DNA from: an uncultured Gammaproteobacteria bacterium
GTDB taxonomy: Bacteria; Patescibacteriota; Microgenomatia; UBA8517
Length of the DNA stretch: 64,000 nt
Direction of reading: 5' to 3'
Assembly: GCA_964645605.1 (NCBI GenBank)
Contig: CAZYCE010000001.1
Span: 64,063-128,062, forward strand
The stretch's first letter is position 1. Every line of letters starts with the position of its first letter. Shown piece by piece: positions 28,335-36,962 of the stretch. The notes under the pieces are model-generated. The model ran no database searches. It was given only the letters and a program-made list of their open reading frames with translations, and had not been told where the DNA came from. Position numbers and translations under genes: made by a program.

Positions 28335-30920
28335 TTAATGATTATATAACTCTGTTGCCACAGTTAAGGCCCCCGGTCTACCGTCGATTGGGTAAGGCAG
28401 GGGACATTTTGTGTAATCCCAGCAATAGATGATATTCATCTTAAGGTGGCTGTAGTCTATCCAGTTTACGGTATAATTATGGTCAATGCCCTCCGGCGGA
28501 GGGCAGGGACCAGAGTAAATTGAGTTAGTATCAGAACAATTACTGTTACCAGGCCCATTGTACCGCATAAGCGCTGTAATAAGCTCATTCCAAGAGTCAA
28601 TGGTACCTCCAACGGCACCCGCAAGCTGCCATCCTGCCGTTTCCGCCGATTCCAAAAGACAACCCTGTATTGGACCTCCGTTCTGAAGAGACTGGTTGGG
28701 GTTATTGCTTCCTTCGCGAAAATGGATTCCGGCCAAGACTTCGCAGGGAACACCGGTTCTTCTCTCAGCCTCTTTATAAACAGCTAAAAGATCGGAAGAA
28801 AGATAGGGAAAAATATATGTTTCAAAATAATTTTTACCCGATGCGGTTGTTTTTGGCGGCGGATTATATTTACTAAACACGCTTCCGTCGCACGTTCCGG
28901 GTGGAACTTCTTCATTAGAGCACTCCGTCGGTAGGCCTATTTCTGGAAGAGATGAAGAATTAGCAAAAGCGATAGGATCTCCATACCCTTTTGGCCTTAA
29001 GGCGGTTTGAATGCCCTTTAAAAAATACTCGGAAATTCCACCCAGGTGGGGAAGCTTTAAATCTGTATTGGCGCTTGATACGTCTATATTGGTTCCAGAA
29101 TAGGTAACGTTTATGGACCCGGGAATGTCCATTATTTGCCCGACGCTTCCTTCTGTGTTGGTTTTGGGAAAAATTCTTTTAAATATTGACATGGGGCCTG
29201 CCACCAAACGTGACCATATATTATCAACCAAAGGAATTTTGGTTTGTGTGGACATTCCGATATAAATATCTTTAGTACATTTTTGGATTTGAGAAACACA
29301 ATTATTGCCGCAAGTTGTTCCGGTTGGACAATCTTGTTGACCAAATGTGTTGGCACAAATCCAACCGGTTGGGGCACACCTTCCGCCAACAGCGTAACAA
29401 GCATTAGAAGTAGATGTGGCAGGAGATGCTTCGTATTCGCAGGTAAACTGGGCGGTATAACCTAAATTTCCTCTTATCTGACTGGCAAAAAGGTCGTCTC
29501 CGGGGTTTGAACGGACTTCTACCGAAGAGCAGGCTGAGCTTTTTGCCACTTGAGTAGGATCCCCCAATTTTCCTTCGCTCGTTGCAACAAAAGTGCTTTG
29601 GAGTAGACCACCAAGTTGATCTACCTCTCCCATGTGAGATAGGTATATTTTAGATGTTGATGAAGATTCAAAAGTTATGTCTTTAACAACGGTTCCGTTC
29701 GAGGAAGGAATTAAGGTCAAAGATTGATTGTCCATCTTAATTTCTCCCTCGACATCCTCCGTGGTGGAAAGAGGCACATAGGGAAAAAGATCCGAATACA
29801 TATTGGGAATTATTAAGTTCTCAACACATACAAGATGTTTCACTAAGGGGACAATTACACAAGTTTTACCGTGCCATTCATAATAAGCCTTGCGGTAAAG
29901 AAGTTCGCTGGCAAAAGGCTTCGCTGGCTCCCCTGGATCTGCTGTGCCATCATCCCATGGAAGTGGGGGGGTGGCCTTGTTCCATGCGGAAGATAAAGAT
30001 GTATCAATATTCCCTTGAATCATCTCCGTTACCATAGATTCGGGGAACAACTTAAGCAAACTTTCTAGGACAAATTTTATTCCGTCGGGGAAAGCGTTTG
30101 CTATAGATCTGGCCCAAGAGATCTTGTCGTCCCAGCCGTAAGCGTTACGATCAATTGATTCTGCTTTTAATCTAAAAATTTCGCCTTGCGTCTCAGCTCC
30201 ACCTCCTTTATAGCATTCAATTGGCTTAACGTATCCAACATTCAAGAGATTTCTGATTGGACCGCCGCGTGTGGCACAGGCAACAATTTGATTGTGATTT
30301 GTTTCTCTGGCATTTTCGATTGTCTTAATTCTTTGGGCGTTTAGAATGGCATCGGGCAGGAGTTTTTGCAGAGGTCCCGAAAGATTAACTGTACTATAGT
30401 CATCACTTTTTGAGCTGCCATATTCGGCTTGATTTATAACCCCATTTAAATACCAACTGGCATAGCTATTCATTTTTTCCTGATCACTAAGATTATCTGC
30501 CGCGTTTGTTGAATTCGTCACATCTTCGGTATTGCCCATAATTGGAAGTTCTGCACCGTTTAAATTAATACCAATAGGTTTATTAACCTCTACAGTGTAA
30601 TCACAATATATTTTGTTGCCGGTGGTTGTGCAGCTGTCGGTCTGGTCTCCCGGATATTGAACTTCGACAGTGTCTTTTATTGTTAGGTCGTTTCCGCAAA
30701 AGGTAGCCGTGTTTGTATCATATGTTACGCAAGGTCTTGCCCTGTATGGTCTTAAAGAGTTAAATTCAGGATTTATTACCTCGTTACAGCTGACTATAGC
30801 TGGTAGAGGAGTTTGTGCGCAGATATTCCTTGGGGATATGAGATTATAACCAAGAACCGAAAATACGAATAAACAAGAAATAAGTAAAGTACTTTTTCTC
30901 GGACAGTGCATAATAATCAC
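28335..30920 (-). CDS. Large (861 aa) secreted Cys-rich protein. Possible cell-wall hydrolase or adhesin associated with the secretion/pilus apparatus.
   Basis: N-terminal signal peptide (LLISCLFVFSVLGYNLISP). Many Cys residues in CxxC/CxC clusters. The C-terminal region (…GVPCEVLAGIHFREGSNNPNQ…) is globular. No confident family match from memory. Confidence 0.4.
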   Translation of the reverse strand: MIIMHCPRKSTLLISCLFVFSVLGYNLISPRNICAQTPLPAIVSCNEVINPEFNSLRPYRARPCVTYDTNTATFCGNDLTIKDTVEVQYPGDQTDSCTTTGNKIYCDYTVEVNKPIGINLNGAELPIMGNTEDVTNSTNAADNLSDQEKMNSYASWYLNGVINQAEYGSSKSDDYSTVNLSGPLQKLLPDAILNAQRIKTIENARETNHNQIVACATRGGPIRNLLNVGYVKPIECYKGGGAETQGEIFRLKAESIDRNAYGWDDKISWARSIANAFPDGIKFVLESLLKLFPESMVTEMIQGNIDTSLSSAWNKATPPLPWDDGTADPGEPAKPFASELLYRKAYYEWHGKTCVIVPLVKHLVCVENLIIPNMYSDLFPYVPLSTTEDVEGEIKMDNQSLTLIPSSNGTVVKDITFESSSTSKIYLSHMGEVDQLGGLLQSTFVATSEGKLGDPTQVAKSSACSSVEVRSNPGDDLFASQIRGNLGYTAQFTCEYEASPATSTSNACYAVGGRCAPTGWICANTFGQQDCPTGTTCGNNCVSQIQKCTKDIYIGMSTQTKIPLVDNIWSRLVAGPMSIFKRIFPKTNTEGSVGQIMDIPGSINVTYSGTNIDVSSANTDLKLPHLGGISEYFLKGIQTALRPKGYGDPIAFANSSSLPEIGLPTECSNEEVPPGTCDGSVFSKYNPPPKTTASGKNYFETYIFPYLSSDLLAVYKEAERRTGVPCEVLAGIHFREGSNNPNQSLQNGGPIQGCLLESAETAGWQLAGAVGGTIDSWNELITALMRYNGPGNSNCSDTNSIYSGPCPPPEGIDHNYTVNWIDYSHLKMNIIYCWDYTKCPLPYPIDGRPGALTVATELYNH

Positions 30921-30937
30921 ATTATATCAGCTTGGAC

Positions 30938-31222
30938 TTATGGAGAAATCATTAGATTAAACTGTGTGACATCAACACCTGTAATGTTACTTATAATTAC
31001 AAGGATTATATAAGAAACCAAAATTACAATAAGGCCTATTACCGCGGAAGTAATTGTTTTTTTTGCTCCCTCTGCCGCTTTTGGATCGCCACCCGAAGTG
31101 ATAAACCCGAAACCTCCTATTAAAAGAAGGATGAAGAAAACTATTCCGGCAAGTCCTAATGCATAACCAATCACTCTTTGTAGGATACCGCCCAAATCAG
31201 ATATTTTTGCTACATCATCCAC
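30938..31222 (-). CDS. Pilin-like two-TM small protein (TrbC/VirB2-like, T4SS pilin family), paralog 8 of the tandem array.
   Basis: 94 aa. Helix, then loop ITSGGDPKAAEGAKKTITSAVIGLIVIL, then a second helix. The motif is shared with seven neighbouring genes. Confidence 0.55.
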   Translation of the reverse strand: MDDVAKISDLGGILQRVIGYALGLAGIVFFILLLIGGFGFITSGGDPKAAEGAKKTITSAVIGLIVILVSYIILVIISNITGVDVTQFNLMISP

Positions 31223-31260
31223 GAAAACATTCTAACCTAAACAATTATTTTGAGCAATTA

Positions 31261-31602
31261 TCAAAGATTAATAGTCGGGATCGCGAGGTTGAAGATGTCT
31301 ACGTGGAAGATAGTGTTTATAAGGGCAACTATGGCCCAAGCCGCAAAGACTATAACAAGGCCAACCAAAGCCGCCGTAATCTGATTCCTAGCAGCCTCTG
31401 TTTTGGCCTTATCACCGCCGGAGGCGATCCAGCGAATCCCACCGATAACCAAAATAAAGAAAAATATTATAGCGGCAACAATCACAACAAGCCTTATCCC
31501 TACAGAGATAATGCTTGGAATAGTTAAATTGCCCAATGCGCTAAACTGAGAATCGGAAGACGGTTGAAGGTTGATAGTGTCCTCCGCAAGTAATTTCAAC
31601 AT
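31261..31602 (-). CDS. Pilin-like two-TM small protein (TrbC/VirB2-like), paralog 7.
   Basis: 113 aa. IASGGDKAKTEAARNQITAALVGLVIVF motif between two hydrophobic helices. Confidence 0.55.
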   Translation of the reverse strand: MLKLLAEDTINLQPSSDSQFSALGNLTIPSIISVGIRLVVIVAAIIFFFILVIGGIRWIASGGDKAKTEAARNQITAALVGLVIVFAAWAIVALINTIFHVDIFNLAIPTINL

Positions 31603-31623
31603 ATTTATATTATATACGTATTA

Positions 31624-31983
31624 TTAAATAATTAGCTTACCGATGTCAATACTCAGAATGGAAACGTGGAAAATGTCTTGTATAAGTCCGATTATTGCAA
31701 AAACAGCAAAGAGAATAACAAGACCCACCAACGCGCTGGTAATCCTACTCCTTGCTTTTCCGACTGCCTCTTTATCTCCTCCTGAGGAAATCCACTGAAT
31801 TGCCCCCACCACTAAGTTGAAAAAGAAAACAATCGCACCGACTATCAAAATCAAGGTAACTGCCATCGGAAGAAATTTCTGAAGGAAGCCAATAGAGTTG
31901 GGGTCTTGTCCCAAGGTTGACGGAAGCACGGGGTTTACAATTGAACCCTGAGCCAAATTTTGAGCGATTAAATTATTTAACAT
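31624..31983 (-). CDS. Pilin-like two-TM small protein (TrbC/VirB2-like), paralog 6.
   Basis: 119 aa. ISSGGDKEAVGKARSRITSALVGLVILF motif. Confidence 0.55.
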   Translation of the reverse strand: MLNNLIAQNLAQGSIVNPVLPSTLGQDPNSIGFLQKFLPMAVTLILIVGAIVFFFNLVVGAIQWISSGGDKEAVGKARSRITSALVGLVILFAVFAIIGLIQDIFHVSILSIDIGKLII

Positions 31984-32357
31984 TATTGGCTGTTCGTGAT
32001 TACCCCGAAAAGTGCACCGATATTAAGAATATTTGGAATCCCGATAATTTTGCCTATTAAGTTGATTATAACCAGGGCCAAAATTACAACAATCAAACCG
32101 ATGGCCCCCGTTGTGATTTTTTTCCTGGCGCTTTCCAAGGCTTGCTTATCTCCTCCGGAACCAATGATACTTATCGCCCCGGTTATAAAAGTGAACACAA
32201 ACCAAATAATTGCAACAATTGTCATAACTCCGATTGCCATAGAAATTATTGAAGAAAGTTTTGAGACACCTTGCCCTTCTTCCGTTATGTTGCCAAGCGG
32301 ACCAAGACCTTTAAAGCCTCCCTCGGGTGCAATTGAAATGTCGGTTAGTAATCTCAT
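31983..32357 (-). CDS. Pilin-like two-TM small protein (TrbC/VirB2-like), paralog 5.
   Basis: 124 aa. IGSGGDKQALESARKKITTGAIGLIVVIL motif. The overlapping plus-strand ORF 31996-32376 is judged spurious. Confidence 0.55.
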   Translation of the reverse strand: MRLLTDISIAPEGGFKGLGPLGNITEEGQGVSKLSSIISMAIGVMTIVAIIWFVFTFITGAISIIGSGGDKQALESARKKITTGAIGLIVVILALVIINLIGKIIGIPNILNIGALFGVITNSQ

Positions 32358-32370
32358 GCTTTCAATTTCA

Positions 32371-32883
32371 TTATAAAGTCGGAATCGTCGGGTTGAGTAT
32401 AAAGTCCCACCTTCCGAATATCAACTGTCCGAAAATAGCTGCTAGAACAAATGCCGCCGCTGCAACCACAAGCCCGAGAGCCGTTTGCCAAATTTTGGCC
32501 CACGCACCGGCAACCTTTTTAGGGTCGTCTCCGGCAGAAAGAAAGGCATACCCGGCAAGAATAAAATTGAAAAGGGCATAGATGCCCGCCCCAATAATTA
32601 AAACCCAGATTATTCTTTGAATTAAATTCCCTATCCCAGTTCCCGGGTCTCCCGAAACTGCCACAGGGGGATTAATAGTTCCGAAAGGGTTATTGTTGGG
32701 CGCCGCATTCGAACCCGGTTTACAACAGTGTGCCACACAACGTTCCCCCATGCCGCACTCGGTATCAAGGGTGCATTCAGGAGGATCACACGCAGCAATT
32801 ACACTATTGACATGTAATATCAAACCGATAAAAACCCCTAAGGAAATGTAGAATATTTTCCTAATTTGCATTTTTTTAGACAA
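32371..32883 (-). CDS. Pilin-like module fused to an N-terminal secreted Cys-rich domain (170 aa), paralog 4.
   Basis: Signal peptide, then CDPPECTLDTECGMGERCVAHCCKPG, then C-terminal LSAGDDPKKVAGAWAKIWQTALGLVVAAAAFVL two-helix pilin module. Confidence 0.5.
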   Translation of the reverse strand: MSKKMQIRKIFYISLGVFIGLILHVNSVIAACDPPECTLDTECGMGERCVAHCCKPGSNAAPNNNPFGTINPPVAVSGDPGTGIGNLIQRIIWVLIIGAGIYALFNFILAGYAFLSAGDDPKKVAGAWAKIWQTALGLVVAAAAFVLAAIFGQLIFGRWDFILNPTIPTL

Positions 32884-33196
32884 CCCCAGGAATCCCCAGC
32901 AATTGTCCTATTAATTTTACTATCCAATAGGATGCAAATACAATAACAAAACCAACTACGGCTGATGTAATGGTTTTTTTGGACTTCTCTGCACTTTGAG
33001 GATCGTTTTTGCCGGCCGAACTAATGAGTCCAATTCCTCCCAGAATAAAAAAGAAAAGAAGGGTAATTCCTGCAAGGACAAAGGCGGCATTTAAGAAAAC
33101 TGAAACAATACTGCTTATTCCGGTGGGGCTTTGTAAAGCGCCGGGTCCCGAATTGCCAAAAAAAGCTTCGCCTATAGAAAAAGCAAGTTCATTCAC
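32876..33196 (-). CDS. Pilin-like two-TM small protein (TrbC/VirB2-like), paralog 3.
   Basis: 106 aa. ISSAGKNDPQSAEKSKKTITSAVVGFVIVF motif. Confidence 0.55.
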   Translation of the reverse strand: MNELAFSIGEAFFGNSGPGALQSPTGISSIVSVFLNAAFVLAGITLLFFFILGGIGLISSAGKNDPQSAEKSKKTITSAVVGFVIVFASYWIVKLIGQLLGIPGVV

Positions 33197-33242
33197 AACA
33201 CCATTTTAGTATAGAGTTTTACTTAAGACAAGTGAGTGGATT

Positions 33243-33575
33243 TTATTTTACACCGAAGATTTGACCAAAAAGTGTGGATTCGAGGCCAAAAAGCTGTCCG
33301 AATAGCTGGACAATTGTGAAAGCCACTATTACGATAACAAATCCTATTACCGCATTAGTAATTTTTGCTTGTGCTGCCTGAGCAGCTTTAGGATCCCCTC
33401 TGGAAAGCATAAATTGGAAACCTCCAATAATGAGGTAAATTAAAAGAGCGATTCCGGCAGCACCGAAAATATAGGGCAATACAGTTCCGATTATTTCCCC
33501 AAGAGTAGTATTTGTTCCAAAATTTGCATTTGGGAATGCTCCTTTTTGTATGGATTCAAGATTTTGCGCAAGCAT
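33243..33575 (-). CDS. Pilin-like two-TM small protein (TrbC/VirB2-like), paralog 2.
   Basis: 110 aa. LSRGDPKAAQAAQAKITNAVIGFVIVIV motif. Confidence 0.55.
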   Translation of the reverse strand: MLAQNLESIQKGAFPNANFGTNTTLGEIIGTVLPYIFGAAGIALLIYLIIGGFQFMLSRGDPKAAQAAQAKITNAVIGFVIVIVAFTIVQLFGQLFGLESTLFGQIFGVK

Positions 33576-33577
33576 TT

Positions 33578-34423
33578 TTATTTATTGAAACCAAATTGGT
33601 CTAATCCAAGTATATCAACTCCGATAAAGTTAAGTATAAATATTGAGAATATAAGAAGTATTAACCCTGCAATCGCTGATGTTAAGAGTTCTTGTCCGGC
33701 CTTCATTCGTTCCGGATTGCCGGATGCCGTCATAATCATAAATCCTGCATAAAGCATCAAAGCGAATGCAATACCACTCCCGATACCGACGGCCCACTTG
33801 AGAAGTGCGCCTAAAAAATCATTTGTGGAGCCAAAAACAGGGAAACAGCCAATTGCAGTTTTTATTCCTTGTCCGGAAGTGCCACATGTAATATCGAGTT
33901 TATTTTTTAAATCTACACAAATACCCTCGTCGTTTAGCGAGGAACCGGCACAACAAGTTTGACCAGGACCTGGCTTACCTTTCGATACACAGTTGTGATA
34001 TGGGTCAGTGCCATTCTTTATACACATCAGACCTGATCCGTAATTAAACTCAAAAGTTCCGGTACAACACGGTTTACTTGATGTTGGAACACCACCCTCT
34101 TTTGTGCATCCTCCGGAATTTGATTCTATGCAGTCACAAGTTACAGAAAGATCATAAAGAGAACTACCAGACACGTGACATACGGGTGTAAAGTCTTCGG
34201 AAGGGCAATTGTCAGAGATAACTATTGGATCCGGGTTGGTAAAGCTTCGAATAGTACAAACACATTCAGGGTCCTCGGCAAGTATGGGTTTCGGAGTTAA
34301 GAACAAAAAACTAAAAACAAAAGCACAAACAATAGAAACGGCCTGCAAATATTTTCTCATTCCATTTATTCTAAAACAAAAGGGGTAAAAGTAAAAGAAC
34401 AGTGCTGGTATAATAAATGGCAA
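33578..34423 (-). CDS. Secreted Cys-rich extracellular domain (about 20 Cys) fused to a C-terminal pilin-like two-helix module (281 aa). Candidate pilus tip/adhesin subunit. First gene of the pilin array.
   Basis: N-terminal signal. CVCTIRSF…CPSEDFTPVCHV…CDCIESNSGGCTKEGG…CCTG…CIKNG…CVSKG…CCAG…CVD…CGTSGQG. C-terminus …GSGIAFALMLYAGFMIMTASGNPERMKAGQELLTSAIAGLILLIFSIFIL matches the array motif. Confidence 0.5.
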   Translation of the reverse strand: MPFIIPALFFYFYPFCFRINGMRKYLQAVSIVCAFVFSFLFLTPKPILAEDPECVCTIRSFTNPDPIVISDNCPSEDFTPVCHVSGSSLYDLSVTCDCIESNSGGCTKEGGVPTSSKPCCTGTFEFNYGSGLMCIKNGTDPYHNCVSKGKPGPGQTCCAGSSLNDEGICVDLKNKLDITCGTSGQGIKTAIGCFPVFGSTNDFLGALLKWAVGIGSGIAFALMLYAGFMIMTASGNPERMKAGQELLTSAIAGLILLIFSIFILNFIGVDILGLDQFGFNK

Positions 34424-36102
34424 TGGTCATAAAATTCAATATTTGCCAATTCGGCCTGCGGCTTAGTCTTTCGATGGTTCTTCTGGCTATCGTGTTTTCT
34501 TTTTTAACCTTCACTACGATCAACGCGCAAGATTGCGGAACGGATCTTGATTGTCAGATAGCCCAAATTCAAAGGGATATTGATGCACTTTCTCCGGCTC
34601 AAGAAAAAAACAAACAGGATTTGGCGTCTCTTAACAAGCAAATAGCCGATTTGAATTTTAAAATTGCAAAACTTTCCTCACAACTTAAAACCCTTGAAGA
34701 CCAGATTTCTGCCCGAGAAGAAGACTTATCCTACACAAGGGCAATATTTGAAGAAAAAGCCAGTAGTCACTATACGTTTTTACGACTTTACGATCCGATT
34801 ACTCCGTTTATTTTTTCGGATAGTGCTTCTCAGGCATTCCAGGAGATTATTCTGAGACAAAAAGCGGCTGATGCCGACAGAAATACAATGGAGAAGTACG
34901 CTTCTGATTTGATATCACTTAACGAAGATAAAGTAAATCTAGTTAAAAACAAAGCAAGTATTTCGTCTTTGCAGTCTCAGCTTGCGGAAAAACAGAAATT
35001 TTTAGTGGCAGAAGTGGCAAAAGTAGATACATATCTTTCCTCACTTTCCGCAAAGCAACAAGAACTTTTAGCTGCCAAAAGCGGCAATTTTATCGCAAGT
35101 GTAGGTGACAGCGAGCTTGCAGATGATTATAAGGCTTCAATAAAAGGATTCAGAGAAGCTGCTCCGTCCGGCTCATTCGCTGTTTTTTCTTTTGGTGCCT
35201 ATACCCACAGGAAAGGAATGAGTCAATATGGTGCAAGAGGCAGGGCTCAAAACGGAAAAAAATATGAAGAGATACTAAAGGCATATTACGGAAAGGAAAC
35301 CGTGAAAAAGGATACTGGTGGAACGATTAGTGTTGCAGGATTGGGAAATGTAAATTTTGAAGATTACTATTTGATGGGTATTGCGGAGATGCCGTCAAGC
35401 TGGCACCCGGAAGCATTAAAAGCTCAGGCTGTGGCCGCCCGAACATATGCTTATAGATATAAAATAGCGGGCACACAAATTTGTACAACGGAGGCTTGTC
35501 AGGTATTTAGAAAATCGAAAGCGGACAACCCCCCAGCCGAATGGAAAAAGGCCGTAGAAGATACCCGCGGCCAAGTTTTAGAAGATGTTGTGACATATTA
35601 CTCATCGACGTCGGGTGGGTATTTGACCACTTCAGGTTGGGATACAACCGATGGGGGTGGAGGTGCAAATTTCTTTGACAAAAGTTATGAAAAAATCGGG
35701 GGTTCGCCTTGGGCATATAAGGCCTGGTACAGGCAAGGCTATACTGCGAGCGGAGCAACCTGTGGACAAGATGACCCATGGCTTAATAATGAAGAGTTTA
35801 CTGACATTGTAAACGCAGCGATTGTTCTTAAAAATGGTTCCGACGACAGGGTAACTTCCACATCTACTTCGTGTTGGGGTGGCAATCCATATAGCTATGC
35901 AGAGCTTAGGTCAAAAGGCGGAGTTGGTACAGTAACTAGCGTCTCGGTAATTCAGGGGAATGGTACAACCAATGAAGTTGTAATTAATGGTTCAATTCAC
36001 TTAACAGGGGCGGAATTCAAACAAGCATTTAATTTAAGAGCTCCAGGCTACATTATGATTCCTCAAAAAGGCTTCGCGTTTTTTAATATCGAGAAGAAAT
36101 AG
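34417..36102 (+). CDS. Secreted SpoIID/LytB-domain peptidoglycan-remodelling protein with an N-terminal coiled-coil region (561 aa).
   Basis: GMSQYGARGRAQNGKKYEEILKAYYG matches the SpoIID/LytB signature (GMSQ.GA). N-terminal signal/TM, then a heptad-rich Q/L/K region. Confidence 0.6.
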   Translation: MAMVIKFNICQFGLRLSLSMVLLAIVFSFLTFTTINAQDCGTDLDCQIAQIQRDIDALSPAQEKNKQDLASLNKQIADLNFKIAKLSSQLKTLEDQISAREEDLSYTRAIFEEKASSHYTFLRLYDPITPFIFSDSASQAFQEIILRQKAADADRNTMEKYASDLISLNEDKVNLVKNKASISSLQSQLAEKQKFLVAEVAKVDTYLSSLSAKQQELLAAKSGNFIASVGDSELADDYKASIKGFREAAPSGSFAVFSFGAYTHRKGMSQYGARGRAQNGKKYEEILKAYYGKETVKKDTGGTISVAGLGNVNFEDYYLMGIAEMPSSWHPEALKAQAVAARTYAYRYKIAGTQICTTEACQVFRKSKADNPPAEWKKAVEDTRGQVLEDVVTYYSSTSGGYLTTSGWDTTDGGGGANFFDKSYEKIGGSPWAYKAWYRQGYTASGATCGQDDPWLNNEEFTDIVNAAIVLKNGSDDRVTSTSTSCWGGNPYSYAELRSKGGVGTVTSVSVIQGNGTTNEVVINGSIHLTGAEFKQAFNLRAPGYIMIPQKGFAFFNIEKK

Positions 36103-36117
36103 TATAATTAGTTTAGG

Positions 36118-36729
36118 ATGCCGGATGTATTTGTTTCATCAAAGCACAACAATCAAAACTCCAAGAAGAGAATCAAAGGCTTTTCCGAAAGCGAAAGAAG
36201 GGGGCTTTTTTCTGCTTTTAACCCTTACCCTCAAAATATAAATTTTGAAACAAGAGAAAGCGATGAAAAAATAGTTTTAATGCTTCGACAGCACCCAATA
36301 CTGAACGTCAAATGGATTTTTATAGGGATAATTCTTTTCCTTTTACCGTTTTTTATTGGCAAAACCGGAATCTTAGATCTTCTTCCCAAGGGATACCCGT
36401 TAGTTGTTGTTATGACATGGTATTTGGTCTCTTTTGCATACGTCATTGAGGGGTTTTTCAAGTGGTATTTTAACGTGTTTTTTATAACCACAAGGAGAGT
36501 TATAGATGTAGACTTTTTTAATTTAATTGACAGGAGGGTATCCGATGCCGAAATAGAAAAAATTCAGGATGTTACCTATTCGACAGGTGGAGCCATCGGG
36601 ACAACCTTGAATTACGGAGACGTTTTGATTCAAACAGCTAGCGAAATCCAGCAAATTAGCTTTGAGAAGGTTCCCAATCCCGAAAAAGTTGCCGATATAT
36701 TGGATGATTTAAGAATTGCTGCTCATTAG
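36118..36729 (+). CDS. Membrane protein with two TM helices and a bacterial PH (bPH_2/YdbS-like) domain.
   Basis: TM hairpin (WIFIGIILFLLPFFIGKTGIL…VVVMTWYLVSFAYVIEGFF) followed by a …DVDFFNLIDRRVS…IQDVTYSTGGAIGTTLNYGDVLIQTAS β-rich domain typical of bPH_2. Confidence 0.45.
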   Translation: MPDVFVSSKHNNQNSKKRIKGFSESERRGLFSAFNPYPQNINFETRESDEKIVLMLRQHPILNVKWIFIGIILFLLPFFIGKTGILDLLPKGYPLVVVMTWYLVSFAYVIEGFFKWYFNVFFITTRRVIDVDFFNLIDRRVSDAEIEKIQDVTYSTGGAIGTTLNYGDVLIQTASEIQQISFEKVPNPEKVADILDDLRIAAH

Positions 36730-36739
36730 ATTTTGAAAG

Positions 36740-36961
36740 ATGGAAACTATAATAACCGATTTTAATATTTGGATAATAGTCAAGATTTTGCTAGCCATCG
36801 TCTTGGGGATGTATGTATTTTTTGCTTTTGTAATCACAAGACAGGTAAGAGTCATGACAAATACCTTGACTTTGGGTTTTGAATCAGTGGCTAAATTCTT
36901 GGCATTTATACATTTGTTGTTTGCAATTTTCGTTTTTATAACGGCAATAACAGTTCTTTAG
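36740..36961 (+). CDS. Small (73 aa) two-TM membrane protein.
   Basis: Two hydrophobic helices. Tightly packed between neighbouring genes on the same strand. Confidence 0.3.
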   Translation: METIITDFNIWIIVKILLAIVLGMYVFFAFVITRQVRVMTNTLTLGFESVAKFLAFIHLLFAIFVFITAITVL

Positions 36962-36962
36962 G

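Noticed and set aside
30938-34423. Possibility that the small two-TM genes are holins or a CRISPR-like repeat array
   Set aside because: There are no phage lysis or structural genes nearby. The units are protein-coding paralogs with a conserved peptide motif (xSGGD…KITSA…GL), not DNA direct repeats with unique spacers.
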